A DNA stretch of 64,000 nucleotides from an uncultured Candidatus Actinomarina sp. (GCA_902628045.1 CACOLU010000002.1:17162-81161); one strand, 5' to 3'; shown: positions 31,354 to 40,890, counted from the stretch's first letter. The notes: generated by a model not told the origin, from the sequence alone. Program-made: numbers and translations.

Positions 31354-32209
31354 TTATTTAATAGATTCATTTTCCGATTATCTTTTGTATCAAAAAGGCC
31401 TTTCTAAAAACACTGTAGACTCATACAGGTCAGATTTAATAAAATTGTCAAATTATCTACAAAATGAAGAAATTTCAAAAACAAATATTGATAATTTCTT
31501 TTTAGATATGGCAGAATTCAAATATTCTGATTCAACTAAGAAACGAATGTATTCAAGTATTAAAAATTTTCTAAAGTATATAAATGAACATAATGATTAC
31601 GAATTAATTGATATTTCATATATAAAATTAAAATCTTCAAATAAGCTTCCTGAAGTTATCTCAATTTCTGACATTGAAAAATTAATTAATTTTTATAATC
31701 ATGATAATTATTTACAATCTAGAAATAAAACTATTATTGATGTTCTTTATTCGACTGGCTGTAGGGTTTCTGAACTTTGTGATATTAATTTATCAGATAT
31801 GGATTTAGATGAAAAATACTTAAAATTAAAAGGTAAAGGTTCAAAGCAAAGAATTGTACCCATTGGATCTAAATTGCATGAAAACCTTATTGAATACTTA
31901 AAAGTTAGAAGCTCATTCATCCTAAACAACGAAAAGACTTTGTTTTTATCTAAATCAAAAAATAAACTTGATAGAACTGCTGTCTTCAGAATAATTAAAA
32001 AAACCGCAATGAGCTTATCTATTCAAAGCGATATTTATCCGCACACTTTAAGACACAGTGCAGCTACACATATGCTTGAAGGTGGATGTGATTTGCGAAC
32101 AGTCCAAGAATTTTTAGGCCACAGCTCTGTATCAACCACGCAGATATATACTAAAGTTACAAAAGAATTTTTAGAAGAGGCATTTATAGAAAGTCACCCA
32201 CGATCATGA
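31313..32209 (+). CDS. xerD: site-specific tyrosine recombinase XerD
   Basis: Has an N-terminal SAM-like core-binding domain and the catalytic residues R...HTLRHSAATHMLEGGCDLRTVQEFLGHSSVSTTQIYT. Lies in the conserved pyrG-xerD-scpAB context. The exact start among several Met codons is uncertain. Confidence 0.88.
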   Translation: MMKMLKMNIKSKINYLIDSFSDYLLYQKGLSKNTVDSYRSDLIKLSNYLQNEEISKTNIDNFFLDMAEFKYSDSTKKRMYSSIKNFLKYINEHNDYELIDISYIKLKSSNKLPEVISISDIEKLINFYNHDNYLQSRNKTIIDVLYSTGCRVSELCDINLSDMDLDEKYLKLKGKGSKQRIVPIGSKLHENLIEYLKVRSSFILNNEKTLFLSKSKNKLDRTAVFRIIKKTAMSLSIQSDIYPHTLRHSAATHMLEGGCDLRTVQEFLGHSSVSTTQIYTKVTKEFLEEAFIESHPRS

Positions 32210-32646
32210 GTAAAGTATTTTTAAAAGCTAAAAGAGCTATAAGGTTTTTGTTTTACAAAGATATAAGAATTGTAGATCAAATTAAAATATCAAGAATTCT
32301 TAATGATAGGCAACTAGAGCAACTTTTTTGGAAATTGTCAAAAGCTGACAGACATCATTCTTTAGAAGTTTTAGAAAGAACAATTAAAATCTCAAACAAT
32401 GCTGATCTGTTAAAACTGTCTTTACTTCATGACATAGGAAAATCAATATCTGAATACAACTGGCTATTTAGAATAATGGCTGAATTAAAATTTATTACAA
32501 ATAGAAAAGCATTTAATTATTTAAATCATGAAGATATTGGTTACGACTTGTTGAAAGAAAACGTTAGTGATCCTGATGTAAGTAAATATTATTATGACAA
32601 TTTGTTAACAATGAAAAATGAAGTATTAGATAAGACTGATTTTTAA
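32206..32646 (+). CDS. HD-domain protein
   Basis: 146 aa with ADRHHSLEV and LLHDIGK (H..HD metal motif). No closer assignment is possible. Confidence 0.55.
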   Translation: MSKVFLKAKRAIRFLFYKDIRIVDQIKISRILNDRQLEQLFWKLSKADRHHSLEVLERTIKISNNADLLKLSLLHDIGKSISEYNWLFRIMAELKFITNRKAFNYLNHEDIGYDLLKENVSDPDVSKYYYDNLLTMKNEVLDKTDF

Positions 32647-33344
32647 TGGAATTAAGTTTTTTAGTAGATTCTTTAAAATCTTTATTAATCAACTACACAT
32701 CAAGTGATTCACAAATTGATGAAAGTTTAAATGACTTATTCAGTAGTTTAGAGACAAAAAATCTAAATAATGAAATTGAAAATTATGCTGAGTTTATATT
32801 TCTCGCGGCTTCTTTATTTGAATTAAAAGCTAAAAGAATGTTGCCTCAGGAAGAAGAGGTTGAGTGGATTGATGAAATATCGGTACTTAAGGATAAAGAT
32901 CTTGCATTTGCAAGGCTCTTGCAATTTAAAGCTTTCTCTGAAATTGGTATTGCAATTGCATCAAGGATTAAATATAACGAAAATCAAATCAAATCATTTA
33001 AATATTATCAAACTAAAAATTTGTTTCCTAAACCTGATGTTGAGTATGAAATAAATAAAGATAAATTTAATGAAGTTACAAACGAAGTATTTGAAAGATT
33101 TAAAACTATTCAAGGTTTTAAACATATTGATAAAGACTTACCAGATTTACAGAAAGCAATAGATGATTTGTTGCTAGTTGTTGATAAAAGATTAAACACA
33201 TCTTTTGAAAGTATCTTAAATAATGTAAATTCTGAAAAAGAGGCTATTGCTTTTTTCCTCGCACTTTTAGAAGCTGTAAGATGGGGTTTTGTTAAAGCAA
33301 GTCAAAACGATGAAGGTATTAATATAGAAAAAAATTATGAATAA
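32646..33344 (+). CDS. scpA: segregation and condensation protein A
   Basis: Contains AEFIFLAASLFELKAKRMLP (the kleisin motif EFL.MAA.L..IK...LLP) and lies directly upstream of scpB. The N-terminus is divergent. Confidence 0.78.
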   Translation: MELSFLVDSLKSLLINYTSSDSQIDESLNDLFSSLETKNLNNEIENYAEFIFLAASLFELKAKRMLPQEEEVEWIDEISVLKDKDLAFARLLQFKAFSEIGIAIASRIKYNENQIKSFKYYQTKNLFPKPDVEYEINKDKFNEVTNEVFERFKTIQGFKHIDKDLPDLQKAIDDLLLVVDKRLNTSFESILNNVNSEKEAIAFFLALLEAVRWGFVKASQNDEGINIEKNYE

Positions 33345-33861
33345 TAAAAAAGTTATTACTGCAATTTTGTTAGTTTCTGATGGTTCAGTTAATCATAAAT
33401 ATTTTTTGGAAAATTTTAATATATCCAATAAAGAATTGATTTATATTTTTGATGAAATAAACAACGAACTAAAAGAAAAAGATTATGGCTTTTACATTAA
33501 ATATAATGATGAATCTTCAGACTTAGTAACCTTGAGTTCAATCTCAACTGAAATAGCTGAATTCAAACCACCTTCAATTATAAGAGGTTTATCAACTCCA
33601 GCACTAGAAACATTATCTATAGTTGCATACGAGCAACCAGTTACAAAACTCAAAGTAAGTGAGATAAGGGGGGTTGAATCAGAGTCTTCTCTAAAAACTT
33701 TAGAATCTAGGGGTCTTATTGAAAAATCAGGCAATCTAGATGTCCCTGGAAATCCACATTTATATGTAACAACTAATCTTTTCTTAGAAAAAATGGATAT
33801 TGCATCTATTGACGACCTCCCTGTGTTAGGCGAATATTTTTCAAATGTAGAGGAAGAGTAA
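33337..33861 (+). CDS. scpB: segregation and condensation protein B
   Basis: 174 aa with tandem winged helices. Contains ALETLSIVAYEQPVTKLKVSEIRGVESESSLKTLESRGLI. Confidence 0.85.
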   Translation: MNNKKVITAILLVSDGSVNHKYFLENFNISNKELIYIFDEINNELKEKDYGFYIKYNDESSDLVTLSSISTEIAEFKPPSIIRGLSTPALETLSIVAYEQPVTKLKVSEIRGVESESSLKTLESRGLIEKSGNLDVPGNPHLYVTTNLFLEKMDIASIDDLPVLGEYFSNVEEE

Positions 33862-33867
33862 CTCTTT

Positions 33868-34518
33868 TTGAGATTAAATAAATATATTGCTTTAAATCTT
33901 CCAACATCTCGGAGAAAAGCAGATGATTTGATACAATCTGGTGAGGTGCTTGTTAATGGCAAAGTTCCAGAGGTTGGGTATATAGTAAAACAAAAAGATA
34001 TTGTATCTGTTAATAACAAAAATTTATCAAATACTATTACTCATGAGTACTACAAATTCTACAAGCCAAAAGGATATGTATGTTCACATAACAAACAAGG
34101 AAATGCACCAACGATATATGATTTGATTGGAAAAAATTATCTTAAATTTGGTGGAAGGTTAGATAAAGATTCTGAAGGCTTGATGTTATTAAGCACTGAT
34201 GGGAAATGGTTAAATGAAATTTTTCACTCAAAGAATGAGGTTCATAAAAAATATAAAGTAACTTTAAAAAATAAAATTAATAAAAATAAAAGAATACGAA
34301 CAAAAATTACACATGAAGGTCAGATTTTAAAAATTTACAATATTCAAGCTATTAACTCTTATACGTATAATGTGACTTTATTATCTGGTAAAAATCATGA
34401 AATACGCAAAATATTTAGATTTAACGACTTAGATATTAGAGAATTGAAACGTGAAAAAATTGGTAAATACACTTTAGGTAATATGTCTAAAGGTCAGTTG
34501 TCTAAAATAGAATTATGA
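33868..34518 (+). CDS. rluB: pseudouridine synthase, RsuA/RluB family
   Basis: Has an N-terminal S4 domain (RLNKYIA..SRRKADDLIQSGEVLVNGK) and the catalytic GRLDKDSEGLMLLSTDG. TTG start. Confidence 0.82.
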   Translation: MRLNKYIALNLPTSRRKADDLIQSGEVLVNGKVPEVGYIVKQKDIVSVNNKNLSNTITHEYYKFYKPKGYVCSHNKQGNAPTIYDLIGKNYLKFGGRLDKDSEGLMLLSTDGKWLNEIFHSKNEVHKKYKVTLKNKINKNKRIRTKITHEGQILKIYNIQAINSYTYNVTLLSGKNHEIRKIFRFNDLDIRELKREKIGKYTLGNMSKGQLSKIEL

Positions 34519-35132
34519 GTAAAACATTAATAACATTAGACGGTCCTTCCGGCGTAGGTAAAACTACAATAGGTAAACATTTAGCTTCTGATTTAAACCT
34601 CGAATTTTTTTCATCAGGCCTTCTGTACAGAGTTATTGCTTTACATAATGAAAAAACTAATTCATTTAATCTAAATGAATTTGAGATAATATCCAATGAT
34701 CCAATAGTTTGTAAAGTTGACGGAAATGTATACAAAGAAAAAAACCTTTATACTCCTGAAATTAATACGAAAAGTTCAGAAATAGCTCAATTAAGTGAAA
34801 TTAGGATGATTGTATTTAATATACTGCAATTTATGTTTAATAATTCAAAATCTGGGATGGTCGTTGAAGGAAGAGACATGGGGAGTGTAGTATTTAAAAA
34901 TGCTGATTTAAAAATATATTTAGATGCAAGTGAAGTAACAAGAAGTGAGAGAAGAAAAGCTCAATCTGGTAACAAAGAATCAGTCGAGGATTTAAGAGCC
35001 CGAGATTTAAGAGATATTAATAGAAAAATTTCTCCACTTATTATTCCTGATGATGCAATTGTTATAAACAATGAAAATAAAAGTATTGAAGAATTAATTA
35101 AAATTATTAAAGAGAATTTAAAGCTTCAGTAG
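34515..35132 (+). CDS. cmk: cytidylate kinase
   Basis: Contains ITLDGPSGVGKTT and GRDMGSVVF. Sits in the cmk-der synteny. Confidence 0.9.
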   Translation: MSKTLITLDGPSGVGKTTIGKHLASDLNLEFFSSGLLYRVIALHNEKTNSFNLNEFEIISNDPIVCKVDGNVYKEKNLYTPEINTKSSEIAQLSEIRMIVFNILQFMFNNSKSGMVVEGRDMGSVVFKNADLKIYLDASEVTRSERRKAQSGNKESVEDLRARDLRDINRKISPLIIPDDAIVINNENKSIEELIKIIKENLKLQ

Positions 35133-36135
35133 CAGTCCATTTTTTATCATTGCTAATTCCATATTCTGATTTGGGATTAGACTCTGAAGTGTTAAAAATA
35201 CTCAAAAAATTTGAGACGTTCTTTATATTTGCTCTTAACTGTTGTGGCAATGGAAAATATTCTGCTTCTTCAATTGGTTTAAAATTTTCGAGTTCAGCAG
35301 GATTTATTTTTTCAATTATTTCATATACTATATGATCTGGTGCAGATGCTCCCGCAGTTATAGCTATATTTCCTTCAAGTTTCAAATTTTCTATGTCTTT
35401 TACATCATCAATTCGGAATACTTCAACGTCGTTGTTGTTTACCATTTTTACTAGGGCTTGGGTATTACTTGAATTATCAGAACCTACCACCAAAACTGTA
35501 TTCACATAAGGTAATATTTCTGTAATTGCTTGTTGCCTGTTTGTTGTTGCATAACATAAGTCACTTTTTCTTGGCATTTTTAAATCAGGGTATTTTGTTT
35601 TGGAGTAATCCATAATTGGTTCCCACTCAGATTTAGCTAATGTTGTTTGTGCAAGAAGAGCTACGTTTTCACCTATGTCAAGCTTATCAACATCATCAAT
35701 AGTTTCTACAATATGCATATTTTGTGGAGATACACCTAACGCTCCTTTAGCTTCATCATGATTTTTATGTCCAACATAAATAATTTGTGTATTTTCATTA
35801 CTAAACTTTTTTGCTTCATGATGTACTTTTGTTACTAATGGACATACTGAATTTATTGTCATAGACGAAATTTGATTAAATCTTTTTTCAATTGATGGAG
35901 ATGTACCGTGTGCAGAAAGCATGACTATGGCACCATCGGGAATGTCTTTAGGATCTTCCACAAAAACTACATTTTTCTTTTCAAATTCTTTAACTATCCA
36001 TTTATTATGTACGATTTCGTGATAGCAGTAGATAGTTTGATCGTATACTTTAAGTAACCATTTGAGTGCTTTTATTGCCATTTCAACACCAGCACAAAAT
36101 CCTCGTGGAGTTACCAAATATAGTTTGTTTACCAT
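35107..36135 (-). CDS. ispH: 4-hydroxy-3-methylbut-2-enyl diphosphate reductase
   Basis: 342 aa with RGFCAGVEMAI, three cluster cysteines and HNKW. The 3' end overlaps the cmk 3' end by 26 nt. Confidence 0.93.
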   Translation of the reverse strand: MVNKLYLVTPRGFCAGVEMAIKALKWLLKVYDQTIYCYHEIVHNKWIVKEFEKKNVVFVEDPKDIPDGAIVMLSAHGTSPSIEKRFNQISSMTINSVCPLVTKVHHEAKKFSNENTQIIYVGHKNHDEAKGALGVSPQNMHIVETIDDVDKLDIGENVALLAQTTLAKSEWEPIMDYSKTKYPDLKMPRKSDLCYATTNRQQAITEILPYVNTVLVVGSDNSSNTQALVKMVNNNDVEVFRIDDVKDIENLKLEGNIAITAGASAPDHIVYEIIEKINPAELENFKPIEEAEYFPLPQQLRANIKNVSNFLSIFNTSESNPKSEYGISNDKKWTATEALNSL

Positions 36136-36149
36136 AATATATTAATAAT

Positions 36150-37451
36150 ATGTCTGAAAAGAAAATACCTGAAATATTAATCGTAGGATTACCTAATGCT
36201 GGAAAATCTACGCTTATAAATGCTTTATCCAATAGAAAAACATCTATTATTGGATCAACACCCAATACAACAAGAGATAAAGTTACTACTACATTAGAGT
36301 TTGATGATGAAAAAAGGCTACTGATTTCAGATTTGCCTGGATTTTTAGAAGTTGATGATAATGTCAACAACAAATATCAAGAAAATATTTTAAGATACAT
36401 AAACAAAGTAGAACATATATTGTTCTTAATAGACGTGCATTCAAAAAATTATTCTGGGTTAGATTCTATTTTTAATTTAATAAATAATAATAATCTACAA
36501 AACAAAACTACAACAGTGTTTAATAAAGCAGAAAATTTTAAAATGGGAAATTTAGATAAAAGAATGTATAAATATATATTTAATTCAGAAATATTTATCT
36601 CTGCTTATCACAAAAAAGGCTTAGATGTTTTAGTAAATGTACTTGAAAAAATATCTATTAAAGCTCCTAAAGGTAATGATAAAAAAACATCGATAGTGAT
36701 TATTGGTCGTCCTAATGCTGGTAAATCTACTTTATTTAATTCGTTGTTAAATAGTAAAAGATCAACTGTTTCAAATATTCCAGGAACTACAAGGGATAAA
36801 ATAAATGAAGAAATTAGTCTAAATAAAATGTCATATCAAATTACTGATACGGCTGGCATTCCAAGAAAAACACAAAAAAATCAAATTGATAAGTATTCAT
36901 CAACATTAGCAATTAGATCACTTGAAAGCGCATCTTTAGCATTAATTGTAGTTGATAGTGAAGTGGGACTTTCTTTTGAAGATAAAAGGATATTGAAAGA
37001 AGCAATAGAACAAAATGTAACACCAATAATTGTTCTTAATAAATGGGATAAATTAGATACTTTTGAGAAGGAAGAAATAAACAAAAACATAAAAAATGAA
37101 TTAAAGCAATTTCAATGGGTTAACGTATTAAGAATCTCGGCTTTAAACAAGAAAAATATTGCTCAAATAAGTAAGTCAATTAGTGATGTTGAAGATCAGC
37201 TTTCCACGAGGATAGGCACTTCAGAGTTAAATACCAAATTTAGAGAGTTATGGACACAAAACCCACCACACCCATTTAGGGGCAAAAGAGCTAAGCTCAA
37301 ATATGTTACACAATACTCATCTTATCCTCCTGAATTTTCGTTTAATTTAAGCTCAAGAATCCCAAAAAACTACCAGAAGTTTATAGAAAATAATATTAGA
37401 CAGAACTTTAATATGAAAAACATTTGTTTTAAAGTTAAAATAAATGCATAG
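36150..37451 (+). CDS. der: ribosome-biogenesis GTPase Der (EngA)
   Basis: Has two GTPase domains (GLPNAGKST..DLPG, GRPNAGKST..DTAG..NKWD) plus a KH-like C-terminus. Confidence 0.95.
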   Translation: MSEKKIPEILIVGLPNAGKSTLINALSNRKTSIIGSTPNTTRDKVTTTLEFDDEKRLLISDLPGFLEVDDNVNNKYQENILRYINKVEHILFLIDVHSKNYSGLDSIFNLINNNNLQNKTTTVFNKAENFKMGNLDKRMYKYIFNSEIFISAYHKKGLDVLVNVLEKISIKAPKGNDKKTSIVIIGRPNAGKSTLFNSLLNSKRSTVSNIPGTTRDKINEEISLNKMSYQITDTAGIPRKTQKNQIDKYSSTLAIRSLESASLALIVVDSEVGLSFEDKRILKEAIEQNVTPIIVLNKWDKLDTFEKEEINKNIKNELKQFQWVNVLRISALNKKNIAQISKSISDVEDQLSTRIGTSELNTKFRELWTQNPPHPFRGKRAKLKYVTQYSSYPPEFSFNLSSRIPKNYQKFIENNIRQNFNMKNICFKVKINA

Positions 37452-37536
37452 TTTTGGATTTAAACTGGTCGTTTTTGCAGCAGGATTCTACTTAATCATT
37501 AGAATATTTCAACTTCTTGGTTACTTAATTAACTAA
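37444..37536 (+). CDS. candidate 30-aa hydrophobic peptide ORF (not in ORF track)
   Basis: My own translation gives MHSFGFKLVVFAAGFYLIIRIFQLLGYLIN*. The ATG lies 5 nt upstream of the der stop codon. No homology evidence. Confidence 0.2.
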   Translation: MHSFGFKLVVFAAGFYLIIRIFQLLGYLIN

Positions 37537-37579
37537 TTTATAATTTACAAATAATTTATTAAATTATTTCATTTATACA

Positions 37580-37607
37580 TTGAATTTACCTATAAATTTT
37601 CTAATAT
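37580..37607 (+). promoter_or_regulatory. candidate sigma-70-type promoter for the ABC operon (TTGAAT-16 nt-TAATAT)
   Basis: Hexamers at 37580-37585 and 37602-37607, found by eye in an AT-rich spacer where such matches are easy to obtain. Confidence 0.25.
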
Positions 37608-37613
37608 TTATAT

Positions 37614-37636
37614 ATCCACATTTATGTGGATTTTTT
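37614..37636 (+). promoter_or_regulatory. perfect palindrome ATCCACA-TTTA-TGTGGAT followed by T6 (operator, 5' stem-loop or weak intrinsic terminator)
   Basis: 7-bp arms at 37614-37620 and 37625-37631, with a T-run at 37631-37636. It ends 10 nt upstream of the AAGGAGAG Shine-Dalgarno of the binding-protein gene. Confidence 0.4.
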
Positions 37637-37656
37637 GTATACAAAAAGGAGAGAAA

Positions 37657-39648
37657 TTGAGTAATTTCAGAGGATCCAAGTCTTGGCGTCTTATATTACT
37701 TTTCTCAGTTTTTGCTATGATTGTAGTCGCATGCGGTGGCGATACAGCAGAAGAGGAAGTTGCTGAAGAAGCACCTGAAACTACTGCGGCCCCTGCAACT
37801 ACTGCAGCAGCAGCTGAAGAAGAAGCTCCATCAGGACCTGATGGTGTTTATAAGATGGCTATATTCTCAGATCCACAATCTAATAATTACTGGGCTTACT
37901 ACGATACAGAATCAGATGTTTGGACAGGTTATGTTATGTCCGGACAAGTTACCTCTCTTTACACATTATCAATACCAAACTATCAACTTGTAGTAAATAT
38001 GGCTGGTGAACTAGTCGAAACTTCAGTTGATAATGGTGATGGAACATTTACATATGATGTTCCAGTTAGAGAAGGATATACATGGAGTGACGGAAGTCCA
38101 ATCACAGCTAATGACTGGGAATTTACTTTCGATACTGTTAAGAGTTTATCACTAGGTGGTAACTTCTTGTCATCATATCCTTATTCGTGTGAAGATGAAG
38201 AAGGTACAGCTAAAAACTGTGTTGTGAGTGTTGTAGCTACTGACGACTATACAGTCAGCATAACATTCAACTATGACCCAGGATTATCTACATGGCAATA
38301 TGGTACAGCTCAAGGTATTGCATTTAGCAAAGCTTATTGGGAACAATATGCCACAGATAAAGAAACTTTGTATGCGCATGACGCAACTAACGCACCTGTA
38401 GCTAGTGCATTTGTCTACGACAAACTTGAACAAGGCGCTTTCTATACATGGAAGTATGATGCTAATACCATGTGGTATGGCGGAACTACTACCATTTATG
38501 ATGGCGGTGGTACAGGTATCGATTGGGACAATGGTAAAGCACCAGCATTTAGTGCTGATTTTGGAAACACAACTGGTGATTCATTCTCATATGAGAGTGG
38601 ACCATTTGTTGGTACTGTAGAGTTCACACTTTACAGTGATCAAGATGCTGCTTATTTAGCATTCCAAAACGGTGAAGTTGATTTCGTTCTTAACCCATTG
38701 GGTGTTAAGAGAAACTTATTTAATCAACTTGCGACTGTTCCAGGCGTTGAATTAGTTACAAACATGCCATTAGGAATGAGATATTTTGCACACAATACAA
38801 GGGTTTTCCCTGGAAGTGACAAAGCATTTAGAAATGCTGTTGCTTGTGTTGTTGATAGAGATTTCATTATTAACAGCGTTCTTCAAGGAACTGTTGAAAG
38901 AATGGACGGAACAATATCAGGAGCTCTTACTGCTTGGGCACCACCTTTGACTGGTACTCTTGCAGATTGTCAAGATCTAGATACTGTAGGAAAATGGGAA
39001 AAAGCTATCTCAATCCTTCAAGATGCTGGATGGACAGCTGACGACTGGGGAGAACACCCTGGTAACGATACAAGAGCTATACCTCCAACAGGAATTAAAG
39101 GTCCTAATGGGGAAGTTCCACCAGAAGATATGTTAATTTACGCACCAGGTCCTGGTTATGATCCATTGAGAAATACCTTCTCATTGTTTATTGCAGATTA
39201 CATTAGACAATTAGGTTTTGATGTAACTGCTAGACCAACTGGATTCAGTGTTATTGTTGACATTATTTTTGATGCAGCAAACTGTGAAGGCTGGAATTTT
39301 TACATGCTCGGTTGGGGTGTAGGAATTTATCCTGACTCTGCAGTAGCATTCTTCCATTCAAGAAACGATTCTTGTGACGGTGGATTTAATACACCTGGAT
39401 ATAATAATCCAGAATTTGATGCTGTAGCCGATGCTTTCGAAGCTGCTAAGACAGTTGATGAAGCAATTGCGCTATCTAATCAAATGGAGGCAATTCTTTT
39501 TGAGGATCTTCCTTATTTAGTCTTGTTTAATCCTCCTGTATTAGAGGTTTATAGAGGCGACTCAGTAGAATTTCCATTTACTGATGTACTTAGTGGTTTA
39601 ACTAGTGCATGTAATGGTTGTCCTGGAGTTGTTAAAACCAAAAGTTAA
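37657..39648 (+). CDS. ABC transporter substrate-binding lipoprotein, family 5 (peptide/nickel type)
   Basis: Likely TTG start at 37657, 8 nt after AAGGAGAG. The signal peptide carries a lipobox (FAMIVVAC-GGD) followed by an Ala/Glu/Thr-rich linker. The roughly 620-aa mature part has an SBP_bac_5-like layout. The ATG at 37624 lies inside the palindrome and lacks an SD. Confidence 0.88.
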   Translation: MSNFRGSKSWRLILLFSVFAMIVVACGGDTAEEEVAEEAPETTAAPATTAAAAEEEAPSGPDGVYKMAIFSDPQSNNYWAYYDTESDVWTGYVMSGQVTSLYTLSIPNYQLVVNMAGELVETSVDNGDGTFTYDVPVREGYTWSDGSPITANDWEFTFDTVKSLSLGGNFLSSYPYSCEDEEGTAKNCVVSVVATDDYTVSITFNYDPGLSTWQYGTAQGIAFSKAYWEQYATDKETLYAHDATNAPVASAFVYDKLEQGAFYTWKYDANTMWYGGTTTIYDGGGTGIDWDNGKAPAFSADFGNTTGDSFSYESGPFVGTVEFTLYSDQDAAYLAFQNGEVDFVLNPLGVKRNLFNQLATVPGVELVTNMPLGMRYFAHNTRVFPGSDKAFRNAVACVVDRDFIINSVLQGTVERMDGTISGALTAWAPPLTGTLADCQDLDTVGKWEKAISILQDAGWTADDWGEHPGNDTRAIPPTGIKGPNGEVPPEDMLIYAPGPGYDPLRNTFSLFIADYIRQLGFDVTARPTGFSVIVDIIFDAANCEGWNFYMLGWGVGIYPDSAVAFFHSRNDSCDGGFNTPGYNNPEFDAVADAFEAAKTVDEAIALSNQMEAILFEDLPYLVLFNPPVLEVYRGDSVEFPFTDVLSGLTSACNGCPGVVKTKS

Positions 39649-39667
39649 TAATTAACTTATATAAAAT

Positions 39668-39699
39668 GTAATGACGGATGAGCAATCATTCGTCATTAC
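39668..39699 (+). promoter_or_regulatory. intercistronic 14-bp stem-loop with GCAA tetraloop after the binding-protein gene
   Basis: GTAATGACGGATGA-GCAA-TCATTCGTCATTAC, with 13 Watson-Crick pairs and 1 G-U. Only GTTT follows, so it is more likely an mRNA stabiliser or partial attenuator than a full terminator. Confidence 0.5.
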
Positions 39700-39717
39700 G
39701 TTTAAAAGAGAGTAAAA

Positions 39718-40890
39718 ATGTACAAATATGTTTTTAGAAGAGTTTACCAATTAATAATCGTCTTTTTCCTATTTCTTGTCTCTTCTTATGTGCTTTTTGA
39801 TGCTATTCCCGGTAACGCTTTTCAAAATTTATTATTAAATCCAGACTTACCACCTGAAGCATATGAACAAGTTATTAAACTTTATGGATTAGATAAACCA
39901 TTAAGTGAAAGAGTTATTTTATATATTGGCAATTTTTTTCAAGGAGACTTTGGTTATTCGTATAAGCATTTTCCAAGAACACCTATTGAATTAATTGCTG
40001 AGAGACTTCCTCGAACTTTAATGTTATTTGCGATGGTCAATATTATTGCGTTTTATACAGGCTTTTTAATTGGAAAAATACTCGCTTGGAGAAGAGGTTC
40101 AAAATCAGAAACATGGATTACGGTCACTTCTGTATTTTCATATACAATCTTTTATCCTTGGTGGGCTTTAATGATGCTTTGGTTCTTTGGATACAAGTTA
40201 AATTGGCTACCAATAGGGAAGTTTTTATACCCCGAAAAATGGTACGACGCCCCTTATGACAGTGATGTTATTTTTGTATCTATGATCAAATTTACACTTG
40301 TAGTATCTGTTGTTCAGATACTCGTATATATTTACACTAGAAACATAGAATCACTTTCTCTTCGAAGAAATGTAAGATTTATCAGTTTAAGTATTCTTGC
40401 AATACTTAGTATTCTGTACTGGAATTCGGGTGATCTTGCAATACAAAAACCTTATGCAATGGATATAGCATATCACATGATACTACCAATCTTTACAGTT
40501 ACGGTTGTTGCATTTGCTGGAACTGCACTTCTCACCAGAACTACAATGATGGAAGTTATGAAAGATGATTTTATACTTACAGCAAGAGCAAAAGGATTAT
40601 CTCAAAAAAGAATTAGAGATCGTCACGCTGCTCGAAATGCACTTCTACCAGTAGTGACTTCATTTATTTTCACTATCGTAACAATTATTGATGGTTCGGT
40701 TTTAACTGAAACAATATTTTCATGGCCAGGCATGGGACAACTTATTTTAGACGCTGTTCTAGAAGAAGATATTCCAGTAGCTATGGCTTCTTTTTCCTTT
40801 ATTGGCGTATTTGCTTTAATAGCTCATTTCATTGCTGATATATCATATGCATATTTAGATCCAAGAATTAGAATCCAGTCTCAAGGTTAA
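39718..40890 (+). CDS. ABC transporter permease (DppB/OppB-like)
   Basis: 390 aa with 6+ TM helices. Has the binding-protein-dependent transport signature region (LTARAKGLSQKRIRDRHAARNAL). Confidence 0.92.
   Translation: MYKYVFRRVYQLIIVFFLFLVSSYVLFDAIPGNAFQNLLLNPDLPPEAYEQVIKLYGLDKPLSERVILYIGNFFQGDFGYSYKHFPRTPIELIAERLPRTLMLFAMVNIIAFYTGFLIGKILAWRRGSKSETWITVTSVFSYTIFYPWWALMMLWFFGYKLNWLPIGKFLYPEKWYDAPYDSDVIFVSMIKFTLVVSVVQILVYIYTRNIESLSLRRNVRFISLSILAILSILYWNSGDLAIQKPYAMDIAYHMILPIFTVTVVAFAGTALLTRTTMMEVMKDDFILTARAKGLSQKRIRDRHAARNALLPVVTSFIFTIVTIIDGSVLTETIFSWPGMGQLILDAVLEEDIPVAMASFSFIGVFALIAHFIADISYAYLDPRIRIQSQG

Noticed and set aside
31313-32209. A tyrosine recombinase as a possible marker of an integrated mobile element.
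   Set aside because: It sits in the conserved pyrG-xerD-scpAB housekeeping context and overlaps both neighbours. There are no flanking repeats, no adjacent tRNA, and no phage or plasmid genes. It was called as chromosomal XerD.
33492-34019. 175-aa antisense ORF spanning scpB and the start of the pseudouridine synthase gene. This is unusually long for such an AT-rich genome.
   Set aside because: It fully overlaps two well-supported sense genes. Its Ser/Thr/Leu-rich composition is typical of a shadow frame, and no motif is recognisable. It could only be rescued by conservation or Ribo-seq evidence.
37624-37656. ATG 37624 as the start of the substrate-binding protein (MWIFCIQKGEK...).
   Set aside because: It lies inside the palindrome, has no Shine-Dalgarno, and would put 11 odd residues before the signal peptide. 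TTG 37657, preceded by AAGGAGAG, gives a normal lipoprotein signal.
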